Shown: in pieces, positions 57,858 to 64,000 of the stretch
Numbering within the stretch: position 1 is the stretch's first letter
Layout of the letters: the number at the start of each line of letters is the position of its first letter
NCBI GenBank assembly: GCA_038881595.1
Contig: JAVZPM010000002.1
Span: forward strand, 59,254 to 123,253
DNA: 64,000 nt
Direction: 5' to 3'
From: Candidatus Micrarchaeia archaeon
GTDB taxonomy: Archaea > Micrarchaeota > Micrarchaeia > CABMEP01
Position numbers and translations under genes: made by a program
The notes under the pieces: model-generated
What the model was told of the DNA's origin: nothing
Database searches by the model: none
What the model saw: only the letters and a program-made list of their open reading frames with translations

Positions 57858-59026
57858 AAAGAATATATCTTGATTATGCAGCCACTACTCCTGTAAGAGA
57901 TGAAGTTATTAAGGAAATGTTGCCTTATTTTAACAAGAATTTTGGAAATGCTTCTTCTCTTCATATGGATGGAAGAATTGCTGCAAATGCATTAAAAAAA
58001 GCAAGAGAAAAAATTGCAAATATAATAAATGTCTTACCGGAAGAGATAGTATTTACTTCAGGAGGGACGGAATCTGATAATCTTGCAATAAAAGGAATTG
58101 CTTATGCAAATAAAGACAAAGGAAATCATATAATAACTTCTTCAATTGAACATCATGCTGTACTAAATACGGTAAAGGAGTTAGAAAAAGAAGGCTTTAA
58201 AGTTACTTTTCTTCCCGTTAATAAATTCGGAGAAGTGAGTCCTAAAGATGTTGAGAATGCAATAACGGATAAGACAATATTAATTTCTATTATGCATGCA
58301 AATAATGAGATAGGTACAATCCAGCCTATAGATAAGATAGGTAAGGTAGCAAAGAAGTATAATATTCCTTTTCATGTAGATGCAGTTCAGAGTTTTTGCC
58401 ACATTCCAGTTGATGTAAAGAAAATGAATATCTCTCTTTTATCAGTCTCATCACACAAAATTGGGGGGCCAAAAGGAGTAGGAGCACTTTATGTCAGAAA
58501 AGATTTAAAATTGAAACCTCTGCTTACTGGCGGGCCGCATGAATTCAATAAAAGAGCAGGAACAGAAAATATTCCAGGAATTGTTGGCTTTGCAAAAGCA
58601 GCTGAAATATCATCAAATGAAATGGAGAAGGAAAGCAAAAGGTTGTCAAGGCTTAGAGACAAACTAATCAAATCAATTCTTTCAGAAGTTCCAGGATCAA
58701 GATTAAATGGACATCCTAAGAATAGGCTTCCAAACAATGTAAATTTTGGTTTTATTGGCGTAGAAGGAGAGGCATTACTTCTAATGCTTGATTCTTTAGG
58801 AATTTCAGCTTCAACAGGATCTGCATGTTCATCACATGATCTTTCACCTTCTCATGTATTACTTGCATTAGATCCCGATCCAGTTAAGGCGCATGGTTCT
58901 CTTAGATTAACATTAGGATATAAAACAAAAGAAGAAGAAATAGATAAAGTAATAAAGGTCATTCCTAAGATTGTTAATCAGATAAGAAAGATTACACCAA
59001 GAATAGAGGGGGTAACTACTTACTGA
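57854..59026 (+). CDS. iscS: Cysteine desulfurase (IscS/NifS)
   Basis: Canonical PLP site SSHKIGGPKG and catalytic loop STGSACSSHDLSPSHVL. Confidence 0.9.
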   Translation: MKRIYLDYAATTPVRDEVIKEMLPYFNKNFGNASSLHMDGRIAANALKKAREKIANIINVLPEEIVFTSGGTESDNLAIKGIAYANKDKGNHIITSSIEHHAVLNTVKELEKEGFKVTFLPVNKFGEVSPKDVENAITDKTILISIMHANNEIGTIQPIDKIGKVAKKYNIPFHVDAVQSFCHIPVDVKKMNISLLSVSSHKIGGPKGVGALYVRKDLKLKPLLTGGPHEFNKRAGTENIPGIVGFAKAAEISSNEMEKESKRLSRLRDKLIKSILSEVPGSRLNGHPKNRLPNNVNFGFIGVEGEALLLMLDSLGISASTGSACSSHDLSPSHVLLALDPDPVKAHGSLRLTLGYKTKEEEIDKVIKVIPKIVNQIRKITPRIEGVTTY

Positions 59027-59050
59027 TATAAAATCTAAAATGGTGATTAT

Positions 59051-59503
59051 ATGGTAAAAAATGAGCGTACAAAAAAGAACAAAAGCGCAGAGAAGACCAA
59101 AAGTCAGGAAATTACAAATTCATCTCTTTATACTCAAAAAGTAATGGAACATTTCATGAATCCGCATAATATGGGTGAGATAAAGGACGCAGATGCAATT
59201 GGAGAGGCAGGCAATGCAGTCTGCGGAGATGTTATGTATCTTTATCTGAAGATCAAGGATAATAGGATAAAAGACATAAAATTTAAGACACTGGGATGCG
59301 CTGCAGCTATAGCAACCAGTAGTATGGTGACGGATTTGGCGAAGGGAAAAACATTGGAGGAAGCGATTAAGATAACAAACAAAGAAGTTGCAGAAGAACT
59401 TGGTGGTCTTCCAGCTGTTAAAATGCATTGCTCTGTACTTGCACAGCAAGCATTAAAGAATGCAATTGAAAACTATTGGAAGAAACAGAAAAAGAAAGAA
59501 TAG
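59051..59503 (+). CDS. iscU: Fe-S cluster assembly scaffold IscU/NifU-like
   Basis: Three conserved Cys (AVCGDVMYL, LGCAAAIA, MHCSVLA) in the IscU pattern. Confidence 0.9.
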   Translation: MVKNERTKKNKSAEKTKSQEITNSSLYTQKVMEHFMNPHNMGEIKDADAIGEAGNAVCGDVMYLYLKIKDNRIKDIKFKTLGCAAAIATSSMVTDLAKGKTLEEAIKITNKEVAEELGGLPAVKMHCSVLAQQALKNAIENYWKKQKKKE

Positions 59504-59549
59504 AGATTTTTGTAATCTATAAAAACAAATATTTATATATTAAGATGTA

Positions 59550-60038
59550 GTGTTATTTTTTATGCAAAATCAAAATTTCAAGCAAACAAATCAAAATAGT
59601 TTAAATTTAGGAGTTCGTTGCTATTCAAAATTTACAAAATTATTAGAAGAAGGATATATTAGTTCAGTGGAGTATATTAAAAATAATCCAGCGAGAGTTT
59701 TAAAATTAGGTTCTACCACTATTCTTTTTTCATTTATGCTAGGATATGTTTTAGGAACTAAGAATGTTAGTGAAAATATGGTTAGATCTGTCAATTCCAC
59801 TCTCTCATCTATTGATAGACAGAATCTTAAGATTATTTCAAAATTAGAAGAGATATCTGTAATGCAGAATAATTTGAATGAAAGAGTAAAGTCTTTGGAA
59901 CAGCAATCTAAAGCTAGATTAGATACTATAGAAAACAAAATTCAGTTCCAAAAAGCATCGGAAGAAGGTCAAAAAAAGGTAGAAGAAATCAAAAAGAAAA
60001 ATAAGTGGAAGAAATTGCTTCCATGGAATTGGTTCTAA
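59550..60038 (+). CDS. Hypothetical membrane-anchored coiled-coil protein
   Basis: ORF with one predicted TM segment and a coiled-coil C-terminus. Confidence 0.3.
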   Translation: MLFFMQNQNFKQTNQNSLNLGVRCYSKFTKLLEEGYISSVEYIKNNPARVLKLGSTTILFSFMLGYVLGTKNVSENMVRSVNSTLSSIDRQNLKIISKLEEISVMQNNLNERVKSLEQQSKARLDTIENKIQFQKASEEGQKKVEEIKKKNKWKKLLPWNWF

Positions 60039-60106
60039 AAATATTGTATTAGTAAGGGAGTTGTTTTTAATTCTTTTTTTACATATTATTTTCATTATTA
60101 TTTGAT

Positions 60107-60213
60107 GCCCCTGTAGCTCAGCTTGGATAGAGCGACTGTCAGACTTAACTTGTTGTTTTGTCTGGTCGAACCTCCTAAGCAGTAGGTCGAGGGTTCAAAT
60201 CCCTCCGGGGGCG
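60107..60213 (+). tRNA. tRNA, probably Arg (anticodon CCU), with a 32-nt intron at a non-canonical position (32/33)
   Basis: Acceptor GCCCCTG/CGGGGGC, D-arm GCTC...GAGC, anticodon stem ACTGT/GCAGT, T-arm GAGGG TTCAAAT CCCTC; a canonical loop (CTCCTAA) forms only if 60141-60172 is spliced out. Confidence 0.6.
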
Positions 60214-60277
60214 CTAAAAACCCCTTTTATTTAAATTCTACAGAATAAGATAATTATTTAAATATTTCCGAATATAT

Positions 60278-60481
60278 ATGTATGAGGCAGATAAAATGGA
60301 AAAGGTAAAGATAGGTATCCAGGTTCGTAAATCAAAGCAGACTCTTTTGCAAAGAAGCATAGGGACATTAGAGCGAGGCATAAGGACCTTTAAATCGATA
60401 GCAGTTGAAGGCATCTTTAAGAAAAAGAAATTTACAAAAGAAGAATTAGAGCAAGCTGAACAAGCTTGGATCAGGGGCTGA
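60278..60481 (+). CDS. Small hypothetical basic protein
   Basis: 67-aa ORF between a tRNA and fibrillarin; no motif recognised. Confidence 0.2.
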   Translation: MYEADKMEKVKIGIQVRKSKQTLLQRSIGTLERGIRTFKSIAVEGIFKKKKFTKEELEQAEQAWIRG

Positions 60482-60612
60482 ACACTAATTTTCATTATAC
60501 ATTAATTCCATTATATATTTATATTCATTTAAAGTTATTTCACTTGCTTTTTCCTTTCATGATTTTCTAGAATAAAATCAACATTTTTAAAATTATTGAT
60601 TAAACTATTCTT

Positions 60613-61305
60613 ATGAATAAAAAAGAAAAAAGATCCAAACACGATTTGCTTCAGATATTTCCAGGCATATTCAAAATAGACGACAAGTTAGCTACTCTTA
60701 ATGCCTACCCTGGAAATACAGTTTATGGTGAGCGATTAATAGATGTAGAAGATAAAGAATATAGATTATGGGATCCATTCAGATCAAAGCTTGCAGGAGC
60801 AATAAAAAAAGGTCTTAAATCGAGCGGGATAAAGAAAGGAGATTCCGTGCTTTATCTTGGAGCTGCAAGCGGAACAACTTGTTCTCATATTTCAGATATC
60901 ATAGGAAAGAATGGCATTATTTACTGTGTTGAGTTTTCAGAGAGGCCTTTGAGAGATCTTATCTCAGTCTGCGAAATAAGAGACAACATGATTCCGATAT
61001 TGGGTGATGCACGAAAACCTCAAGAATATAAGAAGTATATTGAAAGTAAGGTAGATTTCATATATCAAGATGTTGCACAGCCAGATCAGATAAGAATATT
61101 CAAGCTTAACTCTGACATGTTTTTGAAGGAAGGTGGAGAAGGATTCATATGCATAAAGTCTCAATCAATTGATGTCACAAAGGCATCAAAAGAAGTATAT
61201 AAGGAATCATTAAAAGAACTTAAAGATTATGGTTTTACGATTTTACAGGTGATTGAGCTTTCCCCTTATGATTTAAATCATCTTTTTGTTCATGTTAAAA
61301 AATAA
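60613..61305 (+). CDS. flpA: Fibrillarin-like rRNA/tRNA 2'-O-methyltransferase
   Basis: SAM-binding LYLGAASGTTCSHISDI and a conserved fibrillarin C-terminal region. Confidence 0.9.
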   Translation: MNKKEKRSKHDLLQIFPGIFKIDDKLATLNAYPGNTVYGERLIDVEDKEYRLWDPFRSKLAGAIKKGLKSSGIKKGDSVLYLGAASGTTCSHISDIIGKNGIIYCVEFSERPLRDLISVCEIRDNMIPILGDARKPQEYKKYIESKVDFIYQDVAQPDQIRIFKLNSDMFLKEGGEGFICIKSQSIDVTKASKEVYKESLKELKDYGFTILQVIELSPYDLNHLFVHVKK

Positions 61306-61349
61306 TAAAATAGACAAGAATAATAAAAAAATAAAGTCTTCTATTTTTA

Positions 61350-62297
61350 TTATTCTTTACATTGTTCCAGTTTTGGATATAAGTAACAATAGGCATTGTT
61401 TATGTATGCTGGATAAATTATATACATGCAATCTACAACAATCATTGGGGTTGTTGGTTTGCCAATAAATGTTTCTGCAAATCTTTCATCAGTTCTTAAT
61501 TCTCCTTTCGGATAGTCATCATTTACACATTTCTTTATCAAATCTATATTTCCTCCGTTTTGTTGAATACACGTTAAAAGTTCTTCTTCAGAAAGGAATT
61601 CTTTCTTTTCATTGTATCTGTTTATTACGCAGGTTTTGAATTCATTGAAATAGTCTTTATCTTTTGTGCATTCATAATATAAAAGCGCAATATATGCAGA
61701 GGAATTTACATTTTCTGTTATGTCTTTATAGGTGTATGTTGAAAGAATCCTGTAGTTTAGTCGTATGTCTTCATTGAATGTTTGAATGAATTTTTTGATT
61801 TCGCTATCGTATTTTATTGACCACGGATCATATGGATCAATATAAACATCAACCGTCTTTTTATCTCCAACGCTGCATCCAATTTCTTTTCCAGTTTTTC
61901 TAATGGTGGAAGGTTCTGATGGTATTACTAGATTTTGGCTTACTTTGTTAATCGTAAAATCATTTGCATTCATCCATAAATCAATATTTACTATTCCATC
62001 TGTTGAGTATCCGTTAATATTTATTTTCCATATTCCATTTTCAAGAGTTTTATTGTTTATAGTGATATTTACTATGCCATAGTATAGATTAAGGAAACGT
62101 ATAGCTCTGTTGTCGATAATAGCCGATGGCCCTTCGTCTCCAAATGGAATTTTGATTCCAAGAACAAATAAAGCAAAAATAAATGCGAATATTACAAAAA
62201 ATAGTAAGTATGGAAAGCTTATTTTTTCTTTTACTTTTTCTTTTACCGAGTGTAGTACCTGTCTTATCTTTGATTTGTTCTGTCTTCTTGATTTCAT
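61350..62297 (-). CDS. Membrane-anchored extracytoplasmic protein with a DsbA/thioredoxin-like region (non-canonical active site)
   Basis: N-terminal TM anchor; VDVYIDPYDPWS aligns to the DsbA-type FxDxxCPxC region with DPWS in place of CPxC; cis-Pro-like TTPMIVV. Confidence 0.35.
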   Translation of the reverse strand: MKSRRQNKSKIRQVLHSVKEKVKEKISFPYLLFFVIFAFIFALFVLGIKIPFGDEGPSAIIDNRAIRFLNLYYGIVNITINNKTLENGIWKININGYSTDGIVNIDLWMNANDFTINKVSQNLVIPSEPSTIRKTGKEIGCSVGDKKTVDVYIDPYDPWSIKYDSEIKKFIQTFNEDIRLNYRILSTYTYKDITENVNSSAYIALLYYECTKDKDYFNEFKTCVINRYNEKKEFLSEEELLTCIQQNGGNIDLIKKCVNDDYPKGELRTDERFAETFIGKPTTPMIVVDCMYIIYPAYINNAYCYLYPKLEQCKE

Positions 62298-62319
62298 TTA
62301 ACCACCTTTCTGTATATCT

Positions 62320-62865
62320 TTATCTGCATTGCGATAGAAATAAGTTTAATTCAGATTCTGAATTAAAACTTCCAATATGTATCTGAGAATTTTTCAAGCA
62401 TATATATGTAGGAGTGCCTTCCAATTCAAATGAGTTCATGCAATTCATGAATTTGATCAGCTGTTCAGTATTTTCTGTACTTATCATTCTTATATTATAT
62501 TCAGTTTTCATTTTAGCTATCCAAGGGGTGTTCTTCTGTGAATAAACACAATCCTCTCCGTATATATAAATAACTGACTCATTAATTCCATATCCAGTTA
62601 GACATTCTGTAGTTGTTTTTCCAGCACTTTGCTTTATAATTATTGAAACGTTAGTTTTATTCACATTATTAATCTGGCCTTCTTGATTCTCTCTGAATAA
62701 TATAATCAAAGATATAAATGCAATAAACACTAATATAATTAGAACTGCAATTATACTTCTATTCTTGTTATTTATATTACTTGTATTTCTGTTTATTTCC
62801 TCATCCCTTTTCTTGCTTTCTAGCTCTTTAGCTGTTTTTTTCTTTTTATTCTTTTTCTTTGCCAT
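62320..62865 (-). CDS. Membrane-anchored thioredoxin-like protein with CxxS motif
   Basis: N-terminal TM anchor; GEDCVYS (CxxS) and a GTPTYICL cis-Pro loop in thioredoxin-like spacing. Confidence 0.4.
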   Translation of the reverse strand: MAKKKNKKKKTAKELESKKRDEEINRNTSNINNKNRSIIAVLIILVFIAFISLIILFRENQEGQINNVNKTNVSIIIKQSAGKTTTECLTGYGINESVIYIYGEDCVYSQKNTPWIAKMKTEYNIRMISTENTEQLIKFMNCMNSFELEGTPTYICLKNSQIHIGSFNSESELNLFLSQCR

Positions 62866-63003
62866 AATCTAAATTGAATATAAAGGATTAAAAATTTAAA
62901 GTAGATAATATAATAAAACATATATGGATAACTATCGTGGTTAGAGCAATAATTTAATATTTTTACTTACAGATATATATTTATGTAATGGGTTGAGCGT
63001 CAT

Positions 63004-63115
63004 CCCACCGTAGCTCAATCTGGCAGAGCATCTCGCTGTAGTCCAGCCTGTCAGATCCTCTGACAGTCGTTTTGTAGAAACGAGAGGGTTGCTGGTTCAA
63101 ATCCGGCCGGTGGGA
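63004..63115 (+). tRNA. tRNA-Tyr (anticodon GUA) with an approximately 38-nt intron at 37/38
   Basis: Acceptor CCCACCG/CGGTGGG (C1:G72), anticodon stem TCTCG/CGAGA, loop CTGTAG|intron|A, T-arm GCTGG TTCAAAT CCGGC. Confidence 0.75.
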
Positions 63116-63129
63116 CTTGAAAAAAATGC

Positions 63130-63239
63130 GCTTGGGTGGTGTAGAACCTTGTTGCGCAGGTTCTGCGCACATGGTGCACAGTGGTCTAGCATTGCGGCCT
63201 GTCACGCCGCCGACCCGGGTTCGAATCCCGGCCCAGGCG
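63130..63239 (+). tRNA. tRNA-Asp (anticodon GUC) with an approximately 37-nt intron in the D-loop
   Basis: Exon 1 GCTTGGGTGGTGTAG, exon 2 TGGTCTAGCAT T GCGGC CTGTCAC GCCGC...CCGGG TTCGAAT CCCGG CCCAGGC G; the mature 73-nt cloverleaf requires removing 63145-63181. Confidence 0.65.
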
Positions 63240-63324
63240 CTTTTATATTCATTTTTATATTCTTATTTTTATAAATAAGAATAATTAAATTTAAGAATAA
63301 CTAAATTAAGTCATTTTCATTAAC

Positions 63325-63660
63325 TTATTTTGGGCATTCTCCTTCTGTCCAATATTCAACTTTAGGATCTTGGCATGCGAAACATTTATTAGAATACGTT
63401 GCTGCACAAGGATATCTCACACATTTTATTGATTCATTAAACCATCCACATACTGGCTCATATAAAGCAATGCAAACCTCTGCTTTTCTTGACTCTGGCG
63501 TACAATAATTCTGTTTTTTATAATCAAAATGATCAGAATTTTCTTTAATCACTTTATCTGCAATGTAAATTAAAGCAGCTATTGCAATTATAGCTATCAC
63601 AAAGTAGAAAACAATTTTCATTTTTTTATACATTTTAATTTTCACTTCCTTTCCCTTCAT
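63325..63660 (-). CDS. Membrane-anchored Kazal-like domain protein (putative protease inhibitor)
   Basis: N-terminal TM anchor; Cys pattern with PVCG and TYSNKCFAC resembles the Kazal-type core. Confidence 0.5.
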   Translation of the reverse strand: MKGKEVKIKMYKKMKIVFYFVIAIIAIAALIYIADKVIKENSDHFDYKKQNYCTPESRKAEVCIALYEPVCGWFNESIKCVRYPCAATYSNKCFACQDPKVEYWTEGECPK

Positions 63661-63700
63661 AAGATCACTCTCAGATATTTTACAAATAACTCCATAAATA

Positions 63701-64000
63701 TTATCTTTTAGAAAACCATTCTATTAGTTTTTTGAAATCCATTGTATTTAAAATATCATTCTTTTCACACCACCCTCTTCTTGCCACTCCAATTCCATAT
63801 TCTATATAATTAAGATGGTCAACTGCATGTGCGTCAGTGTTTATACATAATTTTATTCCCATCTCCTTTGCTTTTCTTGCATATATGTCATTTAAGTCTA
63901 ATCTTAATGGAAAGCTATTTATTTCCATTGCTATCTTTCTCTCTTTACATACTTCCATAATCTGATCCATGTCAACTTCATAAGGCATTCTTTCATTTAT
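63701..64000 (-). CDS. PHP-domain phosphoesterase, C-terminal part (gene continues beyond window end)
   Basis: INTDAHAVDHL...GVARRGW resembles the C-terminal metal-binding region of PHP-family hydrolases; the ORF is too short to be complete. Confidence 0.4.
   Translation of the reverse strand: MNERMPYEVDMDQIMEVCKERKIAMEINSFPLRLDLNDIYARKAKEMGIKLCINTDAHAVDHLNYIEYGIGVARRGWCEKNDILNTMDFKKLIEWFSKR

Noticed and set aside
62981-63274. ORFs 62981-63205 (minus) and 63089-63274 (plus), 74 and 61 aa
   Set aside because: They lie entirely over the tRNA-Tyr/tRNA-Asp genes and their introns; GC-rich tRNA sequence creates spurious open frames.
1-64000. CRISPR arrays, integrases/transposases or prophage genes
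   Set aside because: No regularly spaced direct repeats of CRISPR type and no recognisable recombinase or transposase motifs were seen; the only repeats are short promoter or terminator-scale elements.

Overview
AT-rich archaeal chromosomal segment, densely coded. It carries split rpoB (B'/B'') and split rpoA (A'/A''), aEF-2, Spt4/RpoE, Csl4, fibrillarin, Kae1/Bud32, and six tRNAs of which five appear to contain introns; lineage is probably euryarchaeal or DPANN-like, but this cannot be resolved from the sequence alone. The backbone is the conserved minus-strand information-processing operon rpoH-rpoB''-rpoB'-rpoA'-rpoA''-L30e-nusA-S12-S7-EF2 (about 24.6 to 13.0 kb), plus spt4-rpoE, csl4-rpoL-DUF99, tandem ftsZ paralogs, Lon, PPDK, sua5, tyrS, class II RNR with cobA, and an iscS-iscU operon. 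Accessory content is concentrated at 0-8.2 kb (a type IV pilus-like locus with a TadC/FlaJ-like membrane protein, up to six class III signal-peptide pilin-like genes and a transglutaminase-like surface protein) and at 61.3-63.7 kb (membrane-anchored thioredoxin-like and Kazal-like proteins around a tRNA-Tyr/tRNA-Asp pair). The most unusual observations are: a diadenylate cyclase gene inserted between kae1 and bud32; a NifS/IscS-like paralog whose PLP-binding lysine is replaced by histidine, next to a ThiF E1-like gene; a P-type ATPase homolog with degenerate catalytic motifs; an EF-Tu-fold protein lacking G motifs; tRNA introns at non-canonical positions with sequence shared between two introns; and a candidate C/D box sRNA. 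All calls are by eye from the translations and sequence; no database searches were run.
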